Assembly (NCBI GenBank): GCA_963811325.1 | Contig: CAWEQT010000001.1 | Span: 1,429,859-1,493,858, forward strand | Length of the DNA: 64,000 nt | From: an uncultured delta proteobacterium | GTDB lineage: Bacteria; Desulfobacterota; Syntrophia; Syntrophales; Smithellaceae | Reading direction: 5' to 3' | In this document: one piece after another, positions 36,308 to 45,144 of the stretch | Position numbering within the stretch: position 1 is the stretch's first letter | Layout: the number at the start of each line of letters is the position of its first letter | Position numbers and translations under genes: made by a program | Notes under the pieces: generated by a model | Databases searched by the model: none | The model's input: only the letters and a program-made list of their open reading frames with translations | Told to the model about the DNA's origin: nothing

Positions 36308-38083
36308 GTGGATAACAAATATAAATATTTTATCGTAATATTTTTAATGGTTTCTTCTTTTGCTGCTTTTGGTGGCATCTCGGGCAATGGTTTTATTAAT
36401 CTTGATGACGACGAATACATTACCGGAAACAATTATATAAAATCAGATATTAATCCGGAAAGTATTAAATGGGCGTTTACGGCTGTTGTCTGCAGTAACT
36501 GGCATCCCTTGACTTTACTTTCCCATATGCTGGACTGGCGTCTTTTCGGAGAAAACGCTTCCGGCCATCACCTTGTCAGTCTGCTTCTGCATATCGGCGC
36601 TGTTATCTTTTTGTTCCTCTTTTTAAACAGGACAACAAAGAATCTATGGCCTTCTGCTTTTGCCGCGGCTTTTTTCGCCCTCCATCCCCTGCGGGTGGAA
36701 TCCGTGGCCTGGGCAGCCGAGCGCAAAGACGTTTTAAGTATGTTTTTCGGATTAGCAAGTATTTACACTTATGCCCTTTATTCAGAAAATTATAAACTTT
36801 CCCGGTATTTTCTGTGTTTAACGTTATTCGCTCTAAGTTTGATGGCCAAACCCATGCTGGTTTCATTGCCTTTTGTTCTGTTTCTTCTTGATTACTGGCC
36901 GCTGGGTCGTTGGACAAAAGCTTCATCTCCAGCTAATATACAAATATCTGCTAATAAAAAAACGGACAAGAAAAATCACAAACAGCACAAAGTCGGTCAT
37001 ACTAAAGATAAGAAGATTTCCGTATTGCTGACAAGCCGCACACTTTTATTGGAAAAAGCTCCCTTTATTTTTTTAACCATCATTTCGAGCATCGTAACTT
37101 TCTGGGCTCAAAATAAATCCGGTGCGGTTACTTCCACGGAACAGATACCCTTTTTCACACGTATTGCCAATGCGATTATTTCTTATGTATCCTATTTAGG
37201 AAAAACTTTCTGGCCGGTTGATCTGGCCGTATTTTATCCCTATGAGCATTCCTTTTCGTTCTGGCAGGTATCAGCTTCCCTCCTCATCCTGACCGGAGTT
37301 ACTATCGTCGTTATTTATATTATGAAGAAATTGCCTTTTTTATTTGTGGGCTGGTTCTGGTACGTGGGAACTTTAATTCCTGTGATAGGTTTGGTGCAGG
37401 TCGGCTTACAAGCAATGGCTGACCGCTATACCTATCTTCCTTCTATAGGTATTGATTTCATGCTGGCCTGGGGCATCCCGCTTTTGTTTCACCGCAAAAA
37501 CATATACAAAAAGATTTTATTCCCGGCAGGAACAATTGTCCTCGCTATATTGGCAGTATTAACATGGAAACAATGCAGCTACTGGAAAAACGATATCGAG
37601 CTTTTTAATCAGGCCCTACAGGTAACAAAGAATAACGATCTGGCGCATAACAATCGCGGATCTGCTTACGCTGAACTCGGTCAATATCAGCTGGCCATCA
37701 AAGATTTTAATAAGGCCCTTGGCCTAAACCGTAATTATATAAAAGCCTATAATAACAGGGGGATTATTTATGGCAAACTTGGCCAGTATCAACCAGCCAT
37801 TGAGGACTTCAATAAGGCCATTAACCTGAAACGGGATTACGTCGATGCCTACTACAACAGGGGAACTATCTATGGCGAACTCGGCCAATATCAATTGGCA
37901 ATTGAGGACTTCAATAAGGCCATTAACCTGAAACAAAATTATGCTGCCGCCTACAACAATAGGGGGCATTCTTATTTAGTACTGGGCAACGATAAGCTTG
38001 GTTGCCATGATGCGCAAAAAGCATGCGCATTGGGGGGTTGCAAAGTATTGGAATGGGCACAAAGCAATGGACTTTGCCATTAG
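36308..38083 (+). CDS. Polytopic membrane protein of the GT-C/PMT_2 (TMTC-like) glycosyltransferase type with C-terminal TPR repeats
   Basis: 591 aa. The N-terminal segment is NLDDDEYITGNNYI...NWHPLTLLSHMLDWRLFG..HHLVSLLLH, with ~10 hydrophobic segments. At least four C-terminal TPR units follow. GTG start. Confidence 0.65.
   Translation: MDNKYKYFIVIFLMVSSFAAFGGISGNGFINLDDDEYITGNNYIKSDINPESIKWAFTAVVCSNWHPLTLLSHMLDWRLFGENASGHHLVSLLLHIGAVIFLFLFLNRTTKNLWPSAFAAAFFALHPLRVESVAWAAERKDVLSMFFGLASIYTYALYSENYKLSRYFLCLTLFALSLMAKPMLVSLPFVLFLLDYWPLGRWTKASSPANIQISANKKTDKKNHKQHKVGHTKDKKISVLLTSRTLLLEKAPFIFLTIISSIVTFWAQNKSGAVTSTEQIPFFTRIANAIISYVSYLGKTFWPVDLAVFYPYEHSFSFWQVSASLLILTGVTIVVIYIMKKLPFLFVGWFWYVGTLIPVIGLVQVGLQAMADRYTYLPSIGIDFMLAWGIPLLFHRKNIYKKILFPAGTIVLAILAVLTWKQCSYWKNDIELFNQALQVTKNNDLAHNNRGSAYAELGQYQLAIKDFNKALGLNRNYIKAYNNRGIIYGKLGQYQPAIEDFNKAINLKRDYVDAYYNRGTIYGELGQYQLAIEDFNKAINLKQNYAAAYNNRGHSYLVLGNDKLGCHDAQKACALGGCKVLEWAQSNGLCH
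37709..37990 (+). repeat. Tandem 102-bp TPR-coding units
   Basis: attgaggacttcaataaggccattaacctgaaac occurs identically at 37799-37831 and 37901-37933, a 102-nt period. Confidence 0.75.
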
Positions 38084-38127
38084 ACAAGTTCTATGTTCTA
38101 TGTGCAATGTTGAACCCAGAATTTCGA
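38080..38127 (+). repeat. Copy 2 of the short direct repeat (ttagacaagttctatgttctatgt-[12 nt]-ccagaatttcga)
   Basis: It starts at the stop codon of the GT-C/TPR gene. The first 24 nt match copy 1 except for a 1-nt indel. Confidence 0.6.
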
Positions 38128-38402
38128 TTATGGTTGCAACCGGCAATTCCGGCGGTTCGGGCTTCGGCGATTTTGAAAAATTTTCTTGTGCATATTTTAT
38201 TAAATATTTCCTGTGATTCTTGTTTCACCATTTTGTCATTTTATGCTACATTATAAACGATAATCATTTTTGCGATGTTTAGGTTTTTATATGGATACCT
38301 ATAAATAATGTTATACGGCTTCGGAAAACCACCGAAATGGAGTAGGAGTAAAGAAGCAACGAAAGGAGATAAACAATAAAGAAGTCATTTTTATGGATTG
38401 TA

Positions 38403-38657
38403 TTGTTGGCGTTCGTTTTAGTTGTCAATGTGGTGTACGCACAGGCGCCGGTGAGGAATGTGAGCCCAAGACTGCATCCGAATCTTGCAGAGGCACAAGA
38501 GCTGTGCTTTCAAGCCTATCAGAAGATCGAAGCGGCTCAAAAAGCTAACAATGGGGATATGGGTGGTCATGCACTGAGAGCGAAGGAGCTACTCGAGCAG
38601 GTCAATTCTGAGTTGAAACTTGCTGCGGAGGCGGCCAACGTTAACAGGGGCAAGTAG
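38403..38657 (+). CDS. Small secreted helical protein (true start probably upstream at 38376)
   Basis: It has a signal-peptide-like N-terminus with cleavage ...VVYA-QAP. The mature part is Ala/Glu/Lys-rich and helical. The TTG track start has no SD, whereas AGGAG lies 7 nt before in-frame ATA 38376. Confidence 0.5.
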   Translation: MLAFVLVVNVVYAQAPVRNVSPRLHPNLAEAQELCFQAYQKIEAAQKANNGDMGGHALRAKELLEQVNSELKLAAEAANVNRGK

Positions 38658-38886
38658 TCAGCAAATTAGCATAGGTAAGGTGATTGAGAAGTCCGTGCGG
38701 AATCTCACGGCGATAAAGTTTTTGTCCTCACAATGCTGTCGCATAACCGATCGCTTAAGCGATCAGTAGCCAATCGAGAGTCTGAGAAAACTTGTTTCTA
38801 ATTTTTGTTTTGTCCTGGGTATTGAGAACTGGTTTAATGACAAGATGTTGCCGATTTTGGATGGATTTAAAGGGCGAAGGCAGTAT

Positions 38887-39618
38887 ATGAAGGTTTCCCT
38901 GTTCATTCCGTGTACAGTAGACATTATGATGCCGGAAATCGGTGTTGCCGGGCATACGCTGCTTTCCGGACTGGGAGTGCAGACGATATATCACAAAGAG
39001 CAGACGTGTTGCGGACAACCGCTTTTCAATGCGGGTTACTGCGATCAGGCAAAGCGGGTGGCGAAACATTTCATCGAAGTTTTTGGTGAGGATGAATGTG
39101 TCGTAAGCCCCGCGGGCTCCTGTGTCTGCATGGTCAAATTTCATTACCCGGAGCTGCTGAAAGATGAACCTTCCTGGCATTCGCGAGCTTGCGACCTTGC
39201 AGGGAGAATTTATGAGTTGAGCCAGTACATCGTCGATGTCCTTAAAGTGACCGATGTCGGCGCAAAATATACAGGAAAGGTTTCCTACCACGAGTCGTGC
39301 CATATTTTACGGGGGCTTAATATCTCCGACCAGCCCAAAAAGCTTATTGCCGGGGTCGAGGGCGCGCAGTTCGTGGAACTTAACAATTCAACTGCGTGTT
39401 GCGGTTTCGGCGGGGAGTTCGCAATTGGTTATCCCGAGATATCAGAGGCCATGGTCAAGGATAAGGTCACAAACTTTATAAACTCAGGCACAGACATACT
39501 GCTATTGTGTGAACCCGGATGTCTTGCGAATATCAGCGGATATCTGCATCGGAATCATCCGGAAAAGACGGCTATGCATCTGGCAAGTTTTCTGGCAAAA
39601 AACTTAAAGAAGGTCTGA
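38887..39618 (+). CDS. lutA: Lactate utilization protein A (LutA/LldE/YkgE; CCG-domain Fe-S oxidoreductase)
   Basis: MKVSLFIPCTVD...CCGQPLFNAGY...YHESCH...CCGFGG gives two CCG motifs. Confidence 0.85.
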   Translation: MKVSLFIPCTVDIMMPEIGVAGHTLLSGLGVQTIYHKEQTCCGQPLFNAGYCDQAKRVAKHFIEVFGEDECVVSPAGSCVCMVKFHYPELLKDEPSWHSRACDLAGRIYELSQYIVDVLKVTDVGAKYTGKVSYHESCHILRGLNISDQPKKLIAGVEGAQFVELNNSTACCGFGGEFAIGYPEISEAMVKDKVTNFINSGTDILLLCEPGCLANISGYLHRNHPEKTAMHLASFLAKNLKKV

Positions 39619-39619
39619 T

Positions 39620-41092
39620 ATGCACTCACATGTCAAAAAATTCATAGAAACAGCACGGGAAGAATTAAAAAACGAACAGAGCCAAATGTTCCTGATGATG
39701 GTGTCACTTGGCGCTCCCATTTTGCGCCAGATAGGCATGTCTTCCTTTCCCGATACTGTGGCAGCCGAGTCATACTCACGCGCGATTCGGGCTGATGCGA
39801 TTACCAGAATGCCCGAATTACTGGAAGAGTTCGAAAAAAATGCTGTGGCAAAGGGCGCCAATGTGTTGTGGGCTCGAGATGCCGCCGAGGCAAATAATAT
39901 TATTCTGAACATTGCCAATCGCAGGGGCGTTTCTTATGTTATGAAAGGCAAGTCCATGATCACCGAAGAAATCGGGCTCAACGAACACCTTATCAAGAAC
40001 GGTGTTGATGTGTGGGAGACAGACCTCGGCGAGGTGATCACCCAAAATCTTTCTCTCACTCCCTTCCATTTAGTGGGGCCTGCAATCAACGTTCCCCCAG
40101 AGAAAATATCGGAGGCTTTCTTGAAGAAAGGTATTATCAAAAAAGCCTCAACAGATCCGGTTGAACTGGGCAGTGGCGCACGTAAATATTTACGCGACAA
40201 GTTTCGGAATCTGCAAATGGGCATCGTCGGTATCAACATGGCGGTGGCGCAAACCGGCACAATTATAAATGTTGAAAACGAAGGAAACATCCGGCTGATT
40301 AAATCCTCGCCGAAGACATTGGTTGCGATCATGAGCCTGGAAAAAGTGGTTCCTACCATTACAGACGCCATCTACATGACACGAATGCTTACAAGGAACT
40401 GCACAGGACAGAAAATCACCAGCTATGTCTCCATGGACACAGGCCCCAGGAAACCGGATGAACAAGACGGCCCCGAAGAACTATTTATTATTATCCTGGA
40501 TAACGGACGTTCAGCCATTTACAATAATTATCAGACCAGGGAAATCCTCAAGTGCATCCGTTGCGGCGCATGTCTGAATACGTGTCCGATTTATACCAAG
40601 ATAGGCGGCTATCCCTATGGCGCCACCTATTGCGGCCCCATCGGCCAAGTGCTCACACCTATGCTCGCGGGCATCGAGAACACCGCGGATCTTTACCGGG
40701 CATGTACGCTCTGCGGAATGTGTAAAAAAATCTGTCCGGCCGGTATCGACCATCCTTCTCTTCTGCTTTCATACCGTGCCCTGGAAATCGATATAAATAA
40801 ACAGAAAGGAAAGAAGACTTTACAGTCCCGCAGGAATAACGCAATGGCAAATCTGATTTCCTTAGGTATGAGCTATGGATGGTTATGGAATCTCGGTTTA
40901 AAAATTACAAGGCCTCTTATGAACAGTTTAGCTAAAGATGGCTATATCGGGAACATTCCGATGGATGTGCAGGGCTGGTTTGGATGCCGCGATCTACGGG
41001 CTATCCCGGCAAAGACATTCCACGAAACATGGAATGACCTTCAATCCCATCCTGAACTTTCAGGCAATACTTCGAAAAAGGAGGATCCCTGA
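39620..41092 (+). CDS. lutB: Lactate utilization protein B (LutB/LldF/YkgF; LUD domain + 2x[4Fe-4S])
   Basis: 490 aa. CIRCGACLNTCPIY and CTLCGMCKKICPAGI are present. The N-terminal DUF162/LUD region contains VGINMAVAQTGT. Confidence 0.85.
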   Translation: MHSHVKKFIETAREELKNEQSQMFLMMVSLGAPILRQIGMSSFPDTVAAESYSRAIRADAITRMPELLEEFEKNAVAKGANVLWARDAAEANNIILNIANRRGVSYVMKGKSMITEEIGLNEHLIKNGVDVWETDLGEVITQNLSLTPFHLVGPAINVPPEKISEAFLKKGIIKKASTDPVELGSGARKYLRDKFRNLQMGIVGINMAVAQTGTIINVENEGNIRLIKSSPKTLVAIMSLEKVVPTITDAIYMTRMLTRNCTGQKITSYVSMDTGPRKPDEQDGPEELFIIILDNGRSAIYNNYQTREILKCIRCGACLNTCPIYTKIGGYPYGATYCGPIGQVLTPMLAGIENTADLYRACTLCGMCKKICPAGIDHPSLLLSYRALEIDINKQKGKKTLQSRRNNAMANLISLGMSYGWLWNLGLKITRPLMNSLAKDGYIGNIPMDVQGWFGCRDLRAIPAKTFHETWNDLQSHPELSGNTSKKEDP

Positions 41093-41094
41093 AC

Positions 41095-41763
41095 ATGCAG
41101 GCAAGAGAAGAGATACTCGGACGATTGAAATCGGCAGTGAAAAACGAAAACATTGACCGGCCGGCGAAACCAATACTCTCTGAAATTACACTGAAACGTG
41201 AGCAGATGATCCAGCGCTTTCAAAGTGAATTAAGCGCGAAGACTGGGGTCTTATATAAGGCCGGGGACCAGGAAGATGCGCTACGAATCCTGCTGGATAT
41301 TGTAAAAGAGGAAGGGTTGAAATCTTTTGCCGCCTCATCAGAAAAGATTCACGGCGTCGATATTAAGTCCCTTGACTCCAAAAACGGATTTTCCGTAACT
41401 TTCCCGGAGGATCTTGCAGACCGGGAAACCTTGCGTGAAGCCGCATTCGCTGCAGATGCCGGGATTACATCTGCCGATTTTGCGGTTGCCGAAACGGGAA
41501 CTATCGGCATCATCTTCAATCAGAAACACCCCCGGCTTCTCTCCATTGCTCCGCCTCTCCACATTGCCATCATGTCCATAAAAGATCTTTATCCAGTCTA
41601 TGAAAATGTTATGGAGATGGTTTTCAAAAATACGAAAGAAATTCCCAGTCAATTCAGCTTTATCACGGGGCCTAGCGCCACAGCGGACATTCAGGGCATA
41701 GAATTTAAAGGTATGCACGGACCGAAGAAAATATTTGTCATCATGATCATGGATGAATCATGA
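41095..41763 (+). CDS. lutC: Lactate utilization protein C (LutC/LldG/YkgG; LUD domain)
   Basis: 222 aa. GITSADFAVAETGT and TGPSATADI are typical LUD-domain segments. It lies 2 nt after lutB. Confidence 0.85.
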   Translation: MQAREEILGRLKSAVKNENIDRPAKPILSEITLKREQMIQRFQSELSAKTGVLYKAGDQEDALRILLDIVKEEGLKSFAASSEKIHGVDIKSLDSKNGFSVTFPEDLADRETLREAAFAADAGITSADFAVAETGTIGIIFNQKHPRLLSIAPPLHIAIMSIKDLYPVYENVMEMVFKNTKEIPSQFSFITGPSATADIQGIEFKGMHGPKKIFVIMIMDES

Positions 41764-41951
41764 TCATCTGAGTTAGAAGGTTCATGCTCGGAAATTTGTG
41801 AGAATAAGACATGATGGAAAAAATGTCCCATGTGAAATTAGTCATTAATCGAGAACAGATCAAAGCTATCAAGGAAGTTACGATACTTGGGATGGCTCGG
41901 TAGATTGGCATCGGTATTTCGATTTTTATTTAAAGCGAAGGAGGATAAACA

Positions 41952-42770
41952 ATGAAGATATGCCGGATTATATCAATCAGAGATGAAATTTTGTCAGGAA
42001 TTTATAACCCATCCTGCCCTGATGAGGCCATTGTCGTCAAAGGATATCCTTTCGGAACATTGCAGGTAACAGAGCGTAAAGAAAAAATAAAAAGCTTTCT
42101 GCCTCCGATTGAATCATGCGCCATCTTTGCATTAGGATTCAATTACGGAAAACACGCTGTCGAAACAGGCATCAAGATGCCTGAGACACCGGTTGTCTTT
42201 ATGAAGGCACCCTCAAGCACCATCGGCCATGGCGGGACGATTCTCTTGCCTTTGGCTGGGCCGGATAAGGTGGATTATGAGGGGGAACTGGCGATCATCA
42301 TCGGCAAAAAAAGGAAAAACATCCCGGTGTCCCAGGCCATGGACCATATCCTGGGTTACACATGTGCCAACGATGTCAGCGCGAGGGATTGGCAACTTGA
42401 TCAAGCGATGGGGCAGAATGGCCAGTTTGTACGTGGAAAAAGTTTTGACACCTTTTGTCCCCTGGGACCCGCCCTCGTAACCAAAGACTATGTCCCCGAT
42501 CCGAACGATCTTTGCCTCCGCACCATCTTGAACGGCCAGGTTGTCCAGGAGGGCCGGACTGACAACATGATTTTCGATATCCCGACAATTGTCAGCAATC
42601 TGAGCCGGTCCGTAACGTTGCTGCCGGGAACAGTTATCTTGACGGGCACCCCTGAAGGCGTCGGATTTATCAGACAACCGCCCCTATTTTTAAAGGAAGG
42701 TGATAAGGTTACTGTGGAGATTGAGGCTGTCGGCACTCTATCCAATCCAGTAATGTGCGAGCACGATTAG
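41952..42770 (+). CDS. Fumarylacetoacetate hydrolase (FAH) family protein
   Basis: GFNYGKHA...VDYEGELAIIIGK...ANDVSARDWQ...GKSFDTFCPLGP...LTGTPEGVG are canonical FAH-family motifs. Confidence 0.85.
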   Translation: MKICRIISIRDEILSGIYNPSCPDEAIVVKGYPFGTLQVTERKEKIKSFLPPIESCAIFALGFNYGKHAVETGIKMPETPVVFMKAPSSTIGHGGTILLPLAGPDKVDYEGELAIIIGKKRKNIPVSQAMDHILGYTCANDVSARDWQLDQAMGQNGQFVRGKSFDTFCPLGPALVTKDYVPDPNDLCLRTILNGQVVQEGRTDNMIFDIPTIVSNLSRSVTLLPGTVILTGTPEGVGFIRQPPLFLKEGDKVTVEIEAVGTLSNPVMCEHD

Positions 42771-42916
42771 GAAACATAATTAACATAAGGGCGATTTCCC
42801 ATCAATTTTAGGCTCTTATATACACTTGTAGCGGTTCAAAGGAAAGTGGACAGATGAGGTTTTAGAATAAGAGACGGTTTTAGGTTATAATCAATTTATA
42901 GGAAAGGAGAGAGGTT

Positions 42917-43270
42917 ATGATACCTAAGACCAAACAAGACCCTGAATCAGTAGTAAAAGAGATCAAGAGAAATACCCGCCGTAAGTTCAATTCAGAAGAG
43001 AAAATCCGGATCATATTGGAAGGTTTGCGAGGAGAAGACAGCATAGCTAATATCTGTCGCAAAGAAGGTATAGCTCCGGGCATTTACTACAAGTGGAGCA
43101 AAGCATTTCTGGAGGCGGGCAAACGGCAACTCAATGGTGATACCATCCGGGAAGCCAGTAGTAACGAGGTATCAGATCTGCGGAGTGAGAATGAGCAGTT
43201 AAAGCAGTTGGTGGCGGATTTAAGCCTGAAGAACCGTGTTCTTAAAAAAAGTTTGAGTGGTCTGGAGTAA
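42917..43270 (+). CDS. IS3-family transposase OrfA (HTH + leucine zipper)
   Basis: RRKFNSEEKIRIILEGLRGEDSIANICRKEGIAPGIYYKWSKAF is the HTH. The C-terminal coiled coil reads LRSENEQLKQLVADLSLKNRVL. Confidence 0.85.
   Translation: MIPKTKQDPESVVKEIKRNTRRKFNSEEKIRIILEGLRGEDSIANICRKEGIAPGIYYKWSKAFLEAGKRQLNGDTIREASSNEVSDLRSENEQLKQLVADLSLKNRVLKKSLSGLE
43244..43251 (+). other. Probable programmed -1 ribosomal frameshift site (AAAAAAAG) producing an OrfAB transposase
   Basis: The orfB frame has a TAA at 43243-43245 and opens exactly at the A-run. orfA stops at 43270. A -1 slip on AAA-AAA gives ...NRVLKK|KFEWSGVKLERYMRHSQ.... Confidence 0.6.
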
Positions 43271-43272
43271 AG

Positions 43273-44310
43273 TTGGAGCGATATATGCGACACAGCCAGG
43301 CCGAGAAGATGGAAATCATCAGGATTGTGGAAGGCTCGCCACTGAGTGTGCGGCAGACGCTTGCGGAACTCAACATAAACCGCAGCACATTTTACACCTG
43401 GTATAAACGATACTATGAGCATGGTTATGATGGCCTGGCCAACGCATACCATCCGCCCAAACAATTTTGGAATAAGATTCCGCCATGGGAGAAGCAGCTA
43501 GTAGTAAAAACGGCATTGGATCATCCCGAAAAATCATCCAGAGAACTCGCGTGCTATATCACTGATAAAATGGGTTATTATATCTCGGAATCAACGGTTT
43601 ATCGTATTTTAAAAGCCCATGATCTGGTTACCAGTCCGCTCTATACGGTAATAACGGCTTATGAGAAGTTCCCTCAACCGACAAAGGGAGTTAATGAGCT
43701 GTGGCAGACTGATTTCACTTTTTTCAAAGTGATGCGTTGGGGGTGGTATTACTTGTCCACTATTCTGGATGACTACAGCCGCTTTATTCTGGCATGGCGG
43801 TTGTGTGAGGGTATGTCGACCGATGATGTAAAGCTGACCCTCGATGATGCTATTTTATTTACAGGTATAAGGAAAGTAAGGGTTATAAGTAGACCACGGC
43901 TCCTATCCGACAACGGTCCCTGCTATGTTTCAAAAGCTTTAAGTAACTATCTGGAGGAAGAAGGGATCGGCCATACCAGAGGCAAGTCGAATCATCCAAT
44001 GACTCAAGGCAAGATAGAGAGGTACCACCGTTCCATGAAAAATCTCATTCTGCTGGAACATTATTACAGCCCCTCTGATCTTGAGGACCAGATCCGTATT
44101 TTTGTAGATTACTACAACAATTATCGGTACCACGAGGCCTTGGGAAATGTTACGCCTGCGGACGTGTATTATGGACGCGACCGCGAAGTTCTTGAAAGAC
44201 GCAAACAGATTAAGCAGAAAACCATGCTTTTACGAAGAAAGCAAAAAAGTTCTTGGAGACTTGCTGAAATTTCAGGAAAGGTATATATGAGTCCTGAAAC
44301 CATCTCTTAA
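43273..44310 (+). CDS. IS3-family transposase OrfB (rve integrase core, DDE)
   Basis: WQTDFTFF (D), LSDNGPCY (D) and QGKIERYHRSMK (E) are present, with a C-terminal YNNYRYHEALG. It is probably expressed mainly as an OrfAB fusion. Confidence 0.85.
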   Translation: MERYMRHSQAEKMEIIRIVEGSPLSVRQTLAELNINRSTFYTWYKRYYEHGYDGLANAYHPPKQFWNKIPPWEKQLVVKTALDHPEKSSRELACYITDKMGYYISESTVYRILKAHDLVTSPLYTVITAYEKFPQPTKGVNELWQTDFTFFKVMRWGWYYLSTILDDYSRFILAWRLCEGMSTDDVKLTLDDAILFTGIRKVRVISRPRLLSDNGPCYVSKALSNYLEEEGIGHTRGKSNHPMTQGKIERYHRSMKNLILLEHYYSPSDLEDQIRIFVDYYNNYRYHEALGNVTPADVYYGRDREVLERRKQIKQKTMLLRRKQKSSWRLAEISGKVYMSPETIS

Positions 44311-44333
44311 CTTTTAACACAATGTGTCCATAA

Positions 44334-44609
44334 CCATTTGAAGATATACCAGTTGTTCCAAGGGCTAAGCCACCATTTTTGAATTGGGATAATTATGTCA
44401 ACACCTTAACAACGAACTACCTTCATGAAAGTTTTGAGAAGAAAAATACATTGTTAATACGTCCAGATGATATTCAATATTTAATTGTTCCCGATGACGA
44501 CCATATTCTTGAATTGCATGAGCACCTCAAGAAGCTTTATATTCTAGAGGATGCAATACTGGTGACAACTGCGATTATGACGACTGACTGTATATGTGAG
44601 GATGTTTGA
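44334..44609 (+). pseudogene. 5'-truncated ORF abutting the right end of the IS
   Basis: The frame is open from 44334, which is 4 nt after the IS end, and reads PFEDIPVVPRAKPPFLNWDNYV.... The only start the track finds is a TTG at 44379 with no SD. No matching 5' part lies left of the IS. Confidence 0.35.
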
Positions 44610-44750
44610 GGAGAAAGCTCAACAAATAACTAGAGCAACAACATACAAAATCAGCAGGCAAAGCTAGAACAAAAAACCCAACGATAGGTAAAATCAGACT
44701 GAAATAAAGTAATTTAGATTTCTTTCATCAATATTTGAAAGGAGACCAAA

Positions 44751-45122
44751 ATGAAGTCTATATTTTATGTCTTGATATTAAGCATTCTATTAGCAGCGAG
44801 CATCGCATTTTCTACGGATTCCATTTCACCTGAAGACGCAATAAACCACATCGGTCAACAAGCAATTGTATGCGGAACTGTTTCCAGCACGCATTTTTCT
44901 TCTCGAACTAAGGGTCAACCTACTTTTATACACCTTAACAGACTTCATCCAAATCAAATATTTACGATCTTAATTTGGGGATCAGATAGAAGTAAATTCT
45001 CCGGTGCTCCTGAAACTTATTACAACAATAAAAGAATATGCGTATCAGGCAAGATTCAGCAATTTAAAGGAACGCCTGAAATCATAGTGAGAAACGCTAA
45101 TCAAATAAGTGAAGAAAAATGA
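44751..45122 (+). CDS. Secreted OB-fold-like protein
   Basis: The signal peptide is MKSIFYVLILSILLAASIAFS. The mature part has the pattern ..HIGQQAIVCGTVSS......TFIHLN...PNQIFTILIW......Y..KRICVSGKIQQFKGTPEI, which resembles bacterial OB-fold domains. AAAGGAG SD is present. Confidence 0.55.
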   Translation: MKSIFYVLILSILLAASIAFSTDSISPEDAINHIGQQAIVCGTVSSTHFSSRTKGQPTFIHLNRLHPNQIFTILIWGSDRSKFSGAPETYYNNKRICVSGKIQQFKGTPEIIVRNANQISEEK

Positions 45123-45144
45123 GATCATTACTTTTTAAACGAAG

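Larger units (their letters stand above)
42847..44330 (+). mobile_element. IS3-family insertion sequence, 1484 bp, with imperfect terminal inverted repeats (TG...CA)
   Basis: The left end is TGGACAGATGAGGTTTTAGAATAAGAGACGGTTTTAGG. The reverse complement of the right end is TGGACACATTGTGTTAAAAGTTAAGAGATGGTTTCAGG. By my count 27 of 38 positions match. It carries orfA and orfB with an A7 slippery run. No flanking direct repeat is visible (aaag versus taac). Confidence 0.85.

Noticed and set aside
37998-38256. Two overlapping plus-strand ORFs (72 and 77 aa) at the 3' end of the GT-C/TPR gene
   Set aside because: They overlap each other and the TPR gene end, have no SD, and one merely re-reads the duplicated ttagacaagttcta motif.
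41905-41921. TTGGCATcggtaTTTCG upstream of the FAH gene as a sigma54 (-24/-12) promoter
   Set aside because: GG-N10-GC spacing is not satisfied; the -12 element reads TTTCG with TC at the GC position.
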